Under the pieces are notes generated by a model. That model did not search any database. It was not told the DNA's origin and worked only from the letters and a program-made list of their open reading frames with translations. DNA of 64,000 bases from a virus. Taxonomy: Duplodnaviria; Caudoviricetes. This document shows, piece by piece, positions 27,539-37,578 of this stretch (position 1 is the first letter of the stretch; each line of letters starts with the position of its first letter). The translations under genes and the position numbers were made by a program. The stretch spans positions 1 to 64,000 of the IMG/VR virus record IMGVR_UViG_2974736276_000001, one strand, 5' to 3'.

Positions 27539-29217
27539 TCCATTACCGTGAATCGTCCGACTTTTTTCATCTTAAGATGTTTGCCGTACGCCTGTGGGTC
27601 ATGGTCGCGATGAGAAATAATGAATGTGTTTGTATCTTTAAGAGAATCGAGAATAATCGCGATTGCCTTAACACCTTCTACATCAGTCGCTGAATCAAAT
27701 ACTTCATCAAGAATCAAGGTGGATATTTTAACACCAGAAACTTTTTCAGCAATATCTTTCCAAGTAAAAAGAATCGCGATATCGATACGAGCTTTTTCAC
27801 CTTGGCTGAATGATGCATAACTGAACTCTTCACGTCCACGAGATTTGATAGTCTCATTGAATTCTTCGTCTAAAGTAAAGCTATAATCAGCTTCCATAAT
27901 CTTGAGGTACTTATTAATGTTTTTATTAAACATTGGAATGTACTTCTTGACAACTAATCCTTTAATACCGGAATCTTTAAGCATCTCTGTTAAAATACCA
28001 CGATGATATTTTTCCATAACAAGAGATGTTTTCTCTTTAACTAATTTATCAAGTTCTACCTGAAGCTCTTTTATCTTATCAGAATAATCAATCATTTCAG
28101 ACTGTGCTTTATCAATAAGAGCTTTAACTTTCTTAGCTTTATCGACAGTAATTGCACCTTGTTGCTTATTCGTCATGATTTCATTTTTGATTCTCTGCAT
28201 TGATGCTTGAGTAGCCTGAAACTCTTTGACCATTGTACTAACTTGATCAAGATGCAATTCAGCCATTTCAATTTCTTTACCAAGAGAATCATGTTTTTCA
28301 GTAACTTTAGCCATGACATTACCATGACGTTCAAGTTGCTGGAAACATGTTGGGCATGAGCCACCTTTGTCATAAAGTCCAATAACTTTTGAGAACTGTG
28401 ATAACTCATTCTTCTTACCAATGAGCTTGCTGTTCAGAAGTCCCCAGGTGTCACTCTGATCATCTTCAAGAACAAACGTTAATAGTTTATCATTTAATTC
28501 TTGAATCACTGCCTTGTACCCACGAGCCTCTTTAACAAGGTCATCGTACATCGTCTGAAGTCGAGATACATTATCACCAGAAAGTTTCTTCTGCTTTTCA
28601 GTATTTTCTTCATAGATCTTGATTTGTTGAACTACGCCATCTTTTTTGGCGTCAATCACTTGTGTCTGTGAATTGACTTCACGAATCTGTGACTTGTTCA
28701 ACTTATCCATATCAGCTAGCACTGATACTTCGAGGAGATCTTCGACGAGCTTTCTCCTTGCGCCTGTAGCGAGACCCATAAACGGAGTATAACCCGCTGT
28801 TCCGAGGACAGCCACTTGCTTAAATGAGCTGTAAGACATTCCAATGAGAGACTCGAAATATTCTTGGAAATCTCTGGAGGAAGCCGATTCATCAAGTTTA
28901 GCTCCATCTCGCTCAATTTCAAAGACGGTTGGCTTTTGTCCGCGCTTGATATAGAATTCATGACCGTCATATTCCATCCACAACTCTACCAACAGATCCT
29001 TTTTGTTGAAGGAGTTAATAAGTTGACCTTTCTTTATATCTCGAAAGGGTTTACCGAACAAAGCAAAAGTGATTGCTTCAAGAATGGTAGACTTTCCTCC
29101 ACCATTCTTTCCAGTTACTAATGTCTTTTGACACTCGTCCAACTGAATGTCAATGGAACCTTGTCCCACTGACATGATATTTTTATACTTGACACGCTTC
29201 AGTTTAAAAGTTTTCAC
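27535..29217 (-). CDS. 46: recombination nuclease ATPase subunit gp46 (Rad50/SbcC-like)
   Basis: GKNGGGKST, CPTC hook, FSQGE, LDEVFD. Confidence 0.96.
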   Translation of the reverse strand: MKTFKLKRVKYKNIMSVGQGSIDIQLDECQKTLVTGKNGGGKSTILEAITFALFGKPFRDIKKGQLINSFNKKDLLVELWMEYDGHEFYIKRGQKPTVFEIERDGAKLDESASSRDFQEYFESLIGMSYSSFKQVAVLGTAGYTPFMGLATGARRKLVEDLLEVSVLADMDKLNKSQIREVNSQTQVIDAKKDGVVQQIKIYEENTEKQKKLSGDNVSRLQTMYDDLVKEARGYKAVIQELNDKLLTFVLEDDQSDTWGLLNSKLIGKKNELSQFSKVIGLYDKGGSCPTCFQQLERHGNVMAKVTEKHDSLGKEIEMAELHLDQVSTMVKEFQATQASMQRIKNEIMTNKQQGAITVDKAKKVKALIDKAQSEMIDYSDKIKELQVELDKLVKEKTSLVMEKYHRGILTEMLKDSGIKGLVVKKYIPMFNKNINKYLKIMEADYSFTLDEEFNETIKSRGREEFSYASFSQGEKARIDIAILFTWKDIAEKVSGVKISTLILDEVFDSATDVEGVKAIAIILDSLKDTNTFIISHRDHDPQAYGKHLKMKKVGRFTVME

Positions 29218-30245
29218 TGATTCTGCACCTCAATGTAAAGCTGTTTAGCATATGACTTCAATGCTTTAATATCTTCTGCTGAAGCACTATCGATAGCGTC
29301 AATATAATCTTCCATTAATGAAAGCATATTTTTCACTTCAATCTCTTCGCCATCTTCAGCTTCAACTGAATTATCTACGCGAGACACAGTACGCAGTTCA
29401 TGCACCACTTTCTCGAGTTCAGCTTCAAATTTTGGAAGATCTTTATCAACTTTCTCAATGATAACACGCACAGCAAGATTTTTATAATCTTCTACTTTCA
29501 ATCCTTTGTTCGGATAATAGATTTTTCTATGCCAAGTAGTGGTATTGGGCACGAAATCCATGGACTCATTGGCTGTATCGAAAATCCAGAAACCTCTTGG
29601 GTCATTTTCGTCTCCGGCCGTAATTGTAAATGGAGTTCCAATGTATTTGACGTTGCCAGCTTCCGAAATAGTATGGAAGTGACCTGACCAAACTTGCTTA
29701 TAAGATTTGAGAAAATCTGGTTCAAGACCATGAGATTTCATTCCTCGATAATAATAGAATCCATTGAGTTCCCAGTGACCTATACAATAAGGTGAACCGG
29801 AATTCTTAATAAAGGTCAGAATCTCTGTAGTGTTCTCTTCACACATCCAAGGAATCAGATCAATATCGACACCGTCATATGATACTGTAGTAGGATGTTC
29901 ATAGACTGTGATATTCTCGTACTGTGAAAGAAGCTCAGTAACAGAGTTAGGAGTAAGCTTATTTTTGTAGTGCATATCGTGATTTCCAATGATAACATCA
30001 ACCTCAATTCCGGCTTCAGTAATCATCTTGACAATTTCACGGCTAAATTCCATACAGTTATGGGTGATAGCTTTACGCACATCAAACCAGTCACCATATT
30101 GAATCCAACGTTTAATTTTGTTCTTCTTTGAAATCTCGATAGCTTGTTGAATAGCATCACGTTGAACACCTTGCATCCAAGGATCGTCTGCTTTAACTCC
30201 TAGATGGAAGTCACCTAAGTGTAGAATTTTCATGCTAGTCCTCAT
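29214..30245 (-). CDS. 47: recombination nuclease gp47 (Mre11/SbcD-like)
   Basis: GDFHLG, GDWFD, GNHD, SGHFH. Confidence 0.96.
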   Translation of the reverse strand: MRTSMKILHLGDFHLGVKADDPWMQGVQRDAIQQAIEISKKNKIKRWIQYGDWFDVRKAITHNCMEFSREIVKMITEAGIEVDVIIGNHDMHYKNKLTPNSVTELLSQYENITVYEHPTTVSYDGVDIDLIPWMCEENTTEILTFIKNSGSPYCIGHWELNGFYYYRGMKSHGLEPDFLKSYKQVWSGHFHTISEAGNVKYIGTPFTITAGDENDPRGFWIFDTANESMDFVPNTTTWHRKIYYPNKGLKVEDYKNLAVRVIIEKVDKDLPKFEAELEKVVHELRTVSRVDNSVEAEDGEEIEVKNMLSLMEDYIDAIDSASAEDIKALKSYAKQLYIEVQNQ

Positions 30246-30249
30246 ACTA

Positions 30250-30270
30250 AAAAGCCCGGAGGTCCGGGCT
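30250..30270 (-). terminator. terminator after alpha-gt
   Basis: AGCCCGGA-CC-TCCGGGCTTTT. Confidence 0.7.
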
Positions 30271-30275
30271 ACAAT

Positions 30276-31472
30276 TTACTTAGTCATTATATCAAACTGT
30301 TCTTTAAAGCAATACTCTGAATCCTGATGATAATGAATGAATTCATAAGCCTTTTCACGAGTTTTGTTGTACAACACTTTATCAGAAGAGAGTTCTTTGA
30401 TTTGTTCAAGAACTTCATCTTTATTGTCATTGTCTAACCAAATAATTCCTGAATCATATTCAGTAAGTTTCTTATCTTCTACACGATGGCGTAGTTGATT
30501 ACCCTGAATACGATGAAACACCGGAATAGTTCCTGAACATGCTAATTCAAGATGAGTGTATTCCAATGAACGATACATGTATTGCGGAGGCAATTTAGAA
30601 AGCTGATAGCCAAAACCTGAACGAGACATACGTTCAAGCATCTGTGAATTGATATAAGGACCAGCGATCTGCGAGCATTGACCTGGAGCAATATCGATAG
30701 TCGTAGTATCTTTATGCACTTGAATTTTGTACTTCTCTTTTACTACAATGAAAGCAGGAGATTTCTCAATACCTTCAAGAATAGTGGTTTTTCCAGCAGG
30801 CTCAAGATGACTATCATGGAAAGGAATCATCAAGTCATAACCTTTCCAGCTTGTAGTACGACCAATCCAACGATGAATGTCTGTGTTAATCTCTGAGACT
30901 GGTTTCCAGAACTTATCTCGAATCACCTGAAGGTTCATAGAAGGCTGGAAATTATACACTGGTGGTTCTACCTTCGGATCATCTCCGAATAGCGCGTCGA
31001 GTGTATTAGGGAAAGCCTCTTTCATAATCTTCTGATCGAAATCACCTTGAGGTGAATGACTGAACAGAATATCTGATCGTTGAATAGTTTCAAATAATCC
31101 GGCGTTACGACGAAGTGAAGCTGCACGATGATCATGCTGATAAGTAACAACACGCACTTTATCAGAAATATTATCAAGCATTTTCAAGTAACTATCAATA
31201 GCTTCTTGCGGGAAGTTATTAGCAGGAACAGAATTGATGATAAGGATTTCACAATCATTAACTTCTTTGACCAGCTGATCATAGTCTTTAGCAAACTTCA
31301 GTGCAACATGATTCTGTAGAACGTGTGCTGAATGACGAGTGTATTTTTTGTCTGCAGATGAAACGACTTTAACGTCATGTCCATTCTTAATGAACCAATC
31401 CATTTGCTCGACAGTGAATTTAGTCACGCCGCAACCTTCTACGCCACGTGCCATGAGAATGCATACTTTCAT
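30276..31472 (-). CDS. agt: hmC-DNA alpha-glucosyltransferase
   Basis: MARGVEGCGVTKF, YQHDH, RWIGRTT.WKG, LEYTHLEL closely match T4 AGT. Confidence 0.95.
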   Translation of the reverse strand: MKVCILMARGVEGCGVTKFTVEQMDWFIKNGHDVKVVSSADKKYTRHSAHVLQNHVALKFAKDYDQLVKEVNDCEILIINSVPANNFPQEAIDSYLKMLDNISDKVRVVTYQHDHRAASLRRNAGLFETIQRSDILFSHSPQGDFDQKIMKEAFPNTLDALFGDDPKVEPPVYNFQPSMNLQVIRDKFWKPVSEINTDIHRWIGRTTSWKGYDLMIPFHDSHLEPAGKTTILEGIEKSPAFIVVKEKYKIQVHKDTTTIDIAPGQCSQIAGPYINSQMLERMSRSGFGYQLSKLPPQYMYRSLEYTHLELACSGTIPVFHRIQGNQLRHRVEDKKLTEYDSGIIWLDNDNKDEVLEQIKELSSDKVLYNKTREKAYEFIHYHQDSEYCFKEQFDIMTK

Positions 31473-31520
31473 TATATTTCCTCAGTTTTCTTTTATTATA
31501 CTGAAAGGTTTATATAGCAG

Positions 31521-31540
31521 AAAAGGGCCGAAGCCCTTTA
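31521..31540 (-). terminator. terminator (UUCG)
   Basis: AAAGGGC-TTCG-GCCCTTT. Confidence 0.75.
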
Positions 31541-31654
31541 AATTTTACGGTATGTGATAGTTCCTTCACGAAGAGCTTTATCATGAGACTCTTTAAATCG
31601 TCTCATCATTTCAGTCTTTTGTTCGCGAATTTTTTCGTAATCAACTTTTTGCAT
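31538..31654 (-). CDS. a-gt.2-like small protein
   Basis: DYEKIREQKTEMMRRFK..HDKA..EGTITY. Confidence 0.55.
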   Translation of the reverse strand: MQKVDYEKIREQKTEMMRRFKESHDKALREGTITYRKI

Positions 31655-31823
31655 AGAGATTTTCTTCGATGAATTCTTCAATGAAATAAGAAATACTATC
31701 GACTTCGTGGTCTTCAACAACCATAATAGAAGCGCAACGATTAGAAAAACTTTCATTAGATCTCATTTCATTAATGAGTCTATTGAACGCTTGGTGTTTC
31801 TGTAAATCTGTTAATCCACTCAT
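31641..31823 (-). CDS. hypothetical protein
   Basis: ORF track. Confidence 0.5.
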   Translation of the reverse strand: MSGLTDLQKHQAFNRLINEMRSNESFSNRCASIMVVEDHEVDSISYFIEEFIEENLYAKS

Positions 31824-32019
31824 TTTTAGATTTCTCGCTTAGACATTCCCAACACATGATAGAACGTTTAGGACCGCTATACATGATATTGCATGCCATG
31901 CATTTACCAAAGTATTTCTGGTAATAAGGCCAATCTCGAGGACTTAATGGAGTAGGACTTCTACCACCTTCAAAAGTCGGGGTGTTCATCATCGTAACAT
32001 CCGCATTCATTACAGCCAA
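31780..32019 (-). CDS. hypothetical zinc-finger-like protein
   Basis: CMAC...CWEC. Confidence 0.5.
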   Translation of the reverse strand: MAVMNADVTMMNTPTFEGGRSPTPLSPRDWPYYQKYFGKCMACNIMYSGPKRSIMCWECLSEKSKNEWINRFTETPSVQ

Positions 32020-32043
32020 TGAAAATGTCTAAATTAATTTCTT

Positions 32044-32235
32044 TTACCATAATTTCCACCAAGGTTTGATTTGAGAATCATCAGCCCAAACACGTGTATC
32101 AGGATGTACGTAAGACATAATACGTCTTGTGTTTTCTGCTGATTTCCTAGAAGTTTTAACCATCAATTCAGAATTTAAAATGATTCCAAATCCTGCATTG
32201 ATTTTCAGTTTACTGAACTTTACTTGTTTGAGCAT
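32044..32235 (-). CDS. a-gt.3-like protein
   Basis: QVKFSKLKINAGF...KPWWKLW; synteny. Confidence 0.65.
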   Translation of the reverse strand: MLKQVKFSKLKINAGFGIILNSELMVKTSRKSAENTRRIMSYVHPDTRVWADDSQIKPWWKLW

Positions 32236-32569
32236 TGATTAATTCCCATACTTGTTTACGAGTAGTCTGCCAACCAGCGAGGATTAATTCATTGGTGTGA
32301 GGTTGACGATATAGTTTACGCAATTTACGAATAGCATATGAATATGAATCGTAGTTGTTTTCTAACACTGCAGCCTGAGCAAGTCTGTTCAGACGTTCGA
32401 TTTCACGACGATGCTTACGAATGAATGAACTGCCTTGAGCAAGAGCCATTTGGCGATTACGTTCTTCAATAGAAGAGATTTCATCATCAGTCATACCATG
32501 CTGAGTCAGAACATCTTTGATTTCGTCTTTTGATTCTTGTGGCAATGTATCAATAAAATCTTGTTGCAT
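32210..32569 (-). CDS. a-gt.4-like protein
   Basis: RREIERL..LA..AVL.NN..Y.YAI.KLR..Y.QP. Confidence 0.75.
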   Translation of the reverse strand: MQQDFIDTLPQESKDEIKDVLTQHGMTDDEISSIEERNRQMALAQGSSFIRKHRREIERLNRLAQAAVLENNYDSYSYAIRKLRKLYRQPHTNELILAGWQTTRKQVWELINAQTSKVQ

Positions 32570-32570
32570 T

Positions 32571-32800
32571 CTATAACCTTATGGGTTCATATTCAATAGT
32601 GACCGAGAAGTCTTGTTCAGTCACATTATACTGGCATTTTATTTCTGCATAACTGGAAGTTATCTCAGAATCACCAGGATTTTTGGGGTCGATGTCTATC
32701 GGAAGTTTCTCAACATCCCTTAAGTACATCTTTAAAAGATAAGGGATGGCGTCGAGCTCGCCAACTTCGTCAATAAGACCATTGAGGTTAATTATCATCC
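32571..32800 (-). CDS. a-gt.5-like protein
   Basis: [22 protein letters not shown]. Confidence 0.7.
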
Positions 32801-33330
32801 TCATATAAAAAATCCAAAGAAGGGGAAGAACCAATGTCCTCTGCGCTCTTTTTAGACCCTGGCGCTGGTTTCACTGAGTTTTCATATTGTTGCAATTTAT
32901 CGTAAATGTCTTGAATGAATGTCTCATCGGCGATTGAGGCCATATCATCACAACGTGAGTCGTAGACATTGTGTACGAAGTAACTGTATTTCTTTGCCAT
33001 TTCTTTACGTTCTTTTTTGATACGCTGGATAAAGGCATTGAAACAAGCTTGAGTTATATACGCATGTGGGTTGTTGTACTTACTTTCATCGAAGTTAATT
33101 AAGCCTTTAATTGCAGCTTCAATTCCGTCATCAACCATTTCTTGCTTCCAGGACTGGGTATATCCAGAGAAGTTAAAACGCTTTGATAGACCTTCAGAAA
33201 TAAGCATGATTGCTAGTCCCATCTTATCAGACATTCTAACAATTTTCTCAGGATTGGGATTATCCTTGATACGTTGTTTCCAGTCGATAATTTCTTGGAG
33301 TAGCTCTTTATTATTTACATAGTTTGCCAT
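32788..33330 (-). CDS. 55: late-transcription sigma factor gp55
   Basis: [38 protein letters not shown]. Confidence 0.96.
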   Translation of the reverse strand: MANYVNNKELLQEIIDWKQRIKDNPNPEKIVRMSDKMGLAIMLISEGLSKRFNFSGYTQSWKQEMVDDGIEAAIKGLINFDESKYNNPHAYITQACFNAFIQRIKKERKEMAKKYSYFVHNVYDSRCDDMASIADETFIQDIYDKLQQYENSVKPAPGSKKSAEDIGSSPSLDFLYEDDN

Positions 33331-33423
33331 AATGCCTCAATACTGTGATCTGGAGCTACGCTCCAGAATTATTAATTATCTCTATTATATACTCTATATA
33401 AGAATTAAATAATAAAAAGATAC

Positions 33424-34875
33424 TTATGCTTTACGACCCTTCTGTAGCCATTCAGAAACTATCATATAATCCTCGGTGCTATTAACATCGAGTTTCCTTC
33501 CAAGTTTCCTCAACAGATACATGTACTTATAACGTTCTTTCTGTGTCATATCGAACATGCTCTGAAATGACTTCCTATCTCGAGTCTGCTTTTTATCAGG
33601 AGTCTTAATGATATAAGTATCGTTGATTTCAGCATTTGGAAAGTAGTGTTCTTTCATGTATAGAGCCAACTTCATATCTGGCACATATAGATTCACTACT
33701 GCGTTGCTCTTACTGTTCCTGATATTACTTCGAGCACATAATTGAAATGCCGGCTCAAGATACTTCGAAACAATATAAGCATCTACTAAAGAATTTTCTT
33801 CGAGATCTGCGGATGTGGCCAGTTCTCTGAGTAGCGGTATTTGCCATGGGAGCGGATTAAAGCTGAACATAACAGCCACATTTTTATAACTGCTATACGC
33901 ATTGAGACCATGTGGGTTGTAAGGTACTTCTGTCCCTCGCGTAAATCGTGCTCGATAGCTGTTACGAGTATAGATAAAATCTTTTTCATCGATTAATCCT
34001 TCGATTACAGTTTTCATCCTGTTATAGTTTGATATTCCATCACGTTCTTTATCAGCCGAGTACTTAGACCAATTATCAGCGAGCATCACATTAATCTTTA
34101 CACGTGACGAGTTCGGATATTCCTTGAACAGAAGTCTTTCAACCAAAGGAGACTCAACGAATTCCCATTTATTGAAGTGTTTCAATACCATTCCAGTGAA
34201 TGTATCTTTCAAGTTAGCAGAAGCTATCGTTATCTTGTCAAATGATTCCCAGGATGATGTAGAGACGTCGTTGATGAAGTAAGTGTATGAACCATTGTCA
34301 GTGATCTGTAATTTCACTGGAATGCCCTGCAGGAGTGCTCGATACAGAGGATAAAGAGTAACCATGATATCATCACGACCACGAGAACCTTCAGCAGCAA
34401 GATGTTCAATTATTTCTCTGTTCTCTTCCTTTAATACCAAAGAGTCAAGCACACCCGATTCTGCATTAATCGGTTCGCAGTAATCGAGAATAGAATCCAA
34501 TGATACTGTGAAACAATTTCGTGCAAATGTTACAAGTTCCGGAACCTCATCGATATATAACGAAAATCCTTTCAATGAATTAAAATCACTGAAGTTCAAT
34601 AATGCTGCATGAGTAATGAATAGCACAGAAGCGCCATTAGTTACACAGTCTAAAATGCCATTATTGACTGAATTCGCTGAATGCTTGTGGTCAGCATCAA
34701 TAAGAACCCCAGAACCTCCAAGATTTTCAAAATATTCAAAAGACTGACGAGACAATTGGCGAGAAATAGAAGCGATGACAGCTCGTTCACCGCTCTCTAA
34801 TATATGCTCAAGAATTGCTTTAGTCTTTCCTGCTGCTGGGATAGCTGTCAAGACTTCAATTTTCATATTTTGCAC
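33424..34875 (-). CDS. SF2-helicase-like P-loop protein, not a T4 core gene
   Basis: Walker A AIPAAGKT, Ia IASISRQLSRQ, ITH, Walker B IDEVP, III SAN, HGLN, VI-like QLCARSNIR. Confidence 0.7.
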   Translation of the reverse strand: MQNMKIEVLTAIPAAGKTKAILEHILESGERAVIASISRQLSRQSFEYFENLGGSGVLIDADHKHSANSVNNGILDCVTNGASVLFITHAALLNFSDFNSLKGFSLYIDEVPELVTFARNCFTVSLDSILDYCEPINAESGVLDSLVLKEENREIIEHLAAEGSRGRDDIMVTLYPLYRALLQGIPVKLQITDNGSYTYFINDVSTSSWESFDKITIASANLKDTFTGMVLKHFNKWEFVESPLVERLLFKEYPNSSRVKINVMLADNWSKYSADKERDGISNYNRMKTVIEGLIDEKDFIYTRNSYRARFTRGTEVPYNPHGLNAYSSYKNVAVMFSFNPLPWQIPLLRELATSADLEENSLVDAYIVSKYLEPAFQLCARSNIRNSKSNAVVNLYVPDMKLALYMKEHYFPNAEINDTYIIKTPDKKQTRDRKSFQSMFDMTQKERYKYMYLLRKLGRKLDVNSTEDYMIVSEWLQKGRKA

Positions 34876-34990
34876 ATAACCATGAAATTGTAATTGCTAT
34901 AGCGAATAGGCATAAAATAAATCCAGGAACTAGACTAGTCGTATATGCCCAACCCAAAATGAATCCGAGTATCAAATAGAAAGTTTTCAT
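34856..34990 (-). CDS. small membrane protein (44 aa)
   Basis: translated by hand: MKTFYLILGFILGW...; ATGA coupling. Confidence 0.5.
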   Translation of the reverse strand: MKTFYLILGFILGWAYTTSLVPGFILCLFAIAITISWLCAKYEN

Positions 34991-35253
34991 TTTGTCAAGA
35001 ATCCATAAAGCATAATAACATGTTGCCAAATTTCTACAGCTTCTTGTTCAGAGATGCGAATACCAGTTTCAGAAATAAAGTTTTCGAGGAACCCGTTAGA
35101 ATCCAGTTCAACAAACGCATTCACTGAATCACACGACCATTGGATAAAATCCCACTTCTCTTCAGCATTAAATAAAATCTGACCTGGACCTGTAGTTCTA
35201 ACAATAGAAAATTCACCAACATCTTTAACAACAAAACTAATTTGCTTAATCAT
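34987..35253 (-). CDS. hypothetical protein
   Basis: ORF track. Confidence 0.6.
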   Translation of the reverse strand: MIKQISFVVKDVGEFSIVRTTGPGQILFNAEEKWDFIQWSCDSVNAFVELDSNGFLENFISETGIRISEQEAVEIWQHVIMLYGFLTK

Positions 35254-35554
35254 CTTTTGCCCGCTCTGTTAACCATTCTTCCCGATATCCGGGCACCGTG
35301 AGTTCTATTGTACTGCTATAAGAATCAAAGCACACCCGAACAGATTTACCGTAGGCGCCAAGCAATTGGAACAATAACACGATATCCATGTCTGTTCCAA
35401 TTTTTTCAGGCAAAGGCCAAATAGGTTCCTTTCCACCAATGAATGCAGGCTTCAAAGTTGGACCAAATTTAGCACACAATCGATAAGCAGCAGAGTGATA
35501 TGTGCAATAAGGTTTAAATCCATTATCAGATTTAAAGATTACTTTAACCTTCAT
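35246..35554 (-). CDS. hypothetical protein
   Basis: ORF track. Confidence 0.6.
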   Translation of the reverse strand: MKVKVIFKSDNGFKPYCTYHSAAYRLCAKFGPTLKPAFIGGKEPIWPLPEKIGTDMDIVLLFQLLGAYGKSVRVCFDSYSSTIELTVPGYREEWLTERAKDD

Positions 35555-35777
35555 AGTATTCTCTCAACTCTTCAATAGTCATTGCTTCAGACCAATTCGC
35601 ATCAAAGAACCGAACATCGTCCCATCGGACTGATTTATTATTTGGATAAAAACGAACTTCATGAAAAGGATGATTATTTAAAAAATTTTCGCATTGCTTT
35701 AAATTTCCATAATTCACCATATAATTAATAAAAATTTTTAAACCTATTTTTTGAGCTACCATTGCAACAATAATCAT
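35544..35777 (-). CDS. hypothetical protein (55.x region)
   Basis: ORF track. Confidence 0.55.
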   Translation of the reverse strand: MIIVAMVAQKIGLKIFINYMVNYGNLKQCENFLNNHPFHEVRFYPNNKSVRWDDVRFFDANWSEAMTIEELREYYEG

Positions 35778-35808
35778 AAACTTTCCGCCAGTTGCTCAAC
35801 TAAGTCAC

Positions 35809-36036
35809 TCATTTCAATTCCCTCGCAGCTTTAATTGCAGCTTCAACAGTCGGGAATGTGTCAACATAATGAGGATCATTATTATCAAATTCCCAGAGCG
35901 AAAATTCCCAGCGGTCATCTTGATAAATCAACCTACCCTGATCAGAATAACCAGGAGTAGTCAAATATTGAGCGCCGCGTTCATTGCGAATAGCTACCAG
36001 ACCTTCTACACTTGCTACCTGTTCAAGAAATGTCAT
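35809..36036 (-). CDS. hypothetical protein
   Basis: ORF track. Confidence 0.6.
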   Translation of the reverse strand: MTFLEQVASVEGLVAIRNERGAQYLTTPGYSDQGRLIYQDDRWEFSLWEFDNNDPHYVDTFPTVEAAIKAARELK

Positions 36037-36365
36037 TTTGCCGCCTTAACAATTTTCAGATCAACGAATTTTTTCTTGCGTTGATTCTTCATTTTGCGAA
36101 TAGTTGAGTCAGAGATTTCACCAGCTTTCCATGCAGCTGATTGAACACCAAATGCTTCTACATCGAACTCAGAAAGAATGTAAGCCACGACCAGTTCACG
36201 AATACGAGCTTTACCGATCTTTTGATCATTTTCTTTCATTGTACCGTGTAGTTCATTTTCCCACTGATCGAGAATTTCTGGAGTGACGAACTTACCAGAT
36301 TCAATGATTGCTTCTACTTTAGAGTAAGCGAAAGAGTTCAGTGCGTTTTTGATAGCTTGAGTCAT
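36033..36365 (-). CDS. gp55.2-like protein (host topoisomerase I inhibitor family)
   Basis: IKNALNSFAY.KV...VTPEILDQWE..LH..MK...QKIGKARIRELVV.YI. Confidence 0.75.
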   Translation of the reverse strand: MTQAIKNALNSFAYSKVEAIIESGKFVTPEILDQWENELHGTMKENDQKIGKARIRELVVAYILSEFDVEAFGVQSAAWKAGEISDSTIRKMKNQRKKKFVDLKIVKAAK

Positions 36366-36422
36366 GGTATTTTCCTCGTGTTTGTTTGACATAGGATTCT
36401 ACACCGAGAACCCTATAGCAAA

Positions 36423-36701
36423 CTAGAATTTGTTAACTTTAATCCAATTGTAAACTTCAGTCACAATTTCATCTGGCATGTAGCAATGAGTTTTATCTTG
36501 AACACCCCATTCTACGAACTTTTGACAAGCAGCTTCAAGAGATTCATCATTGAAAGGTTTTCGACCTTGCTTAGACCAAGAAGGACCTTGAATAGGAGCA
36601 CCAGAATCCTTTACTCGAAACCTTACAGAAATACTTTGGCTGCTCATGCGAATCTGTACTTCTGCGCCACGATAACCAGGCCAGCTCATATATTTGTACA
36701 T
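36423..36701 (-). CDS. hypothetical protein
   Basis: ORF track. Confidence 0.6.
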   Translation of the reverse strand: MYKYMSWPGYRGAEVQIRMSSQSISVRFRVKDSGAPIQGPSWSKQGRKPFNDESLEAACQKFVEWGVQDKTHCYMPDEIVTEVYNWIKVNKF

Positions 36702-36702
36702 T

Positions 36703-36966
36703 TTATACCAACTTAGCTAATTGATTAATGAAGTGATTGACATCTTCACCAGGAATTCCCAAGTCTTCTAACTGCTGGGACAATTTCAGAGTAATTTCAG
36801 AACTGAGTTTTTCTTCAAAATCATTCGAGCAGGTGAAGAATGAAGGCTTACCTTCTACCTTGACACCAAACAGCCAGGATTCGCCACGCTTGATTAGATC
36901 AAGAACGAATGATTTGCCGTTGGTCAGTTCACCTTCAAAGATTTGAGTTTGCTTGTTCAGTTTCAT
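36703..36966 (-). CDS. hypothetical early protein
   Basis: GGAG SD; follows an early promoter. Confidence 0.6.
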   Translation of the reverse strand: MKLNKQTQIFEGELTNGKSFVLDLIKRGESWLFGVKVEGKPSFFTCSNDFEEKLSSEITLKLSQQLEDLGIPGEDVNHFINQLAKLV

Positions 36967-36971
36967 GGTAA

Positions 36972-37060
36972 TCTCCAATTTCCAAGTCGGTATTGACTTG
37001 ATGGAGCTATACTAACACATTGGTGGAGGATGTAAACAGGTTTATGAAAAGAATTTTTCA
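36972..37060 (-). promoter_or_regulatory. early promoter-stem-loop-SD cassette
   Basis: GTTTAC...TAGTAT-AGCTCCATCAAGTC-AATACC-GACTTG...TGGAG. Confidence 0.75.
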
Positions 37061-37063
37061 GGA

Positions 37064-37372
37064 CTACGAATAGTCCTGAATGATGGAAGGATCAGCGTTG
37101 TTCAAGAGGAGTAAATCTTTGAAATCGTTAAAATTTCTGATGCGTACATCATCAATGAAGATAACGGGATACGCTATATTAAGAGAGGTTTGTCCCATTC
37201 GAGAAGCTAATTTCTCGATAGCAGGACGGTCGTACGAGGGCTTATCAGAGACACTCTGCATCACCGGAATAAAAGTGTATATGAATCCAAGGTCGTCTAG
37301 TAAGCCTTTCACTCGACGACACCCGTAACACCTGCCGACGGATTCGGGAATACCGTAGACATCTATCTTCAT
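37064..37372 (-). CDS. nrdH: glutaredoxin NrdH (gp55.7)
   Basis: VYGIPE...CYGC...YPVIF. Confidence 0.85.
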   Translation of the reverse strand: MKIDVYGIPESVGRCYGCRRVKGLLDDLGFIYTFIPVMQSVSDKPSYDRPAIEKLASRMGQTSLNIAYPVIFIDDVRIRNFNDFKDLLLLNNADPSIIQDYS

Positions 37373-37578
37373 TGCTTTTCGGCAACTTTCTTTTCTAGAG
37401 AAATCTTACGTTCTTCAAGGAATTCTTTCAGAGCTTTCAGATCATTCTCTGGGAAAATGTGAGCAGCAAGAACTAGTAGAGCAACTACTGGAATCAGTGC
37501 AGCTACTACAACAATAACCGCGATAGAAGCAAGAACAAATCCGAGTGCACCACGGAATTCATCCAAAATCTTTTTCAT
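37369..37578 (-). CDS. gp55.8-like membrane protein
   Basis: long hydrophobic segment; synteny. Confidence 0.65.
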   Translation of the reverse strand: MKKILDEFRGALGFVLASIAVIVVVAALIPVVALLVLAAHIFPENDLKALKEFLEERKISLEKKVAEKQ

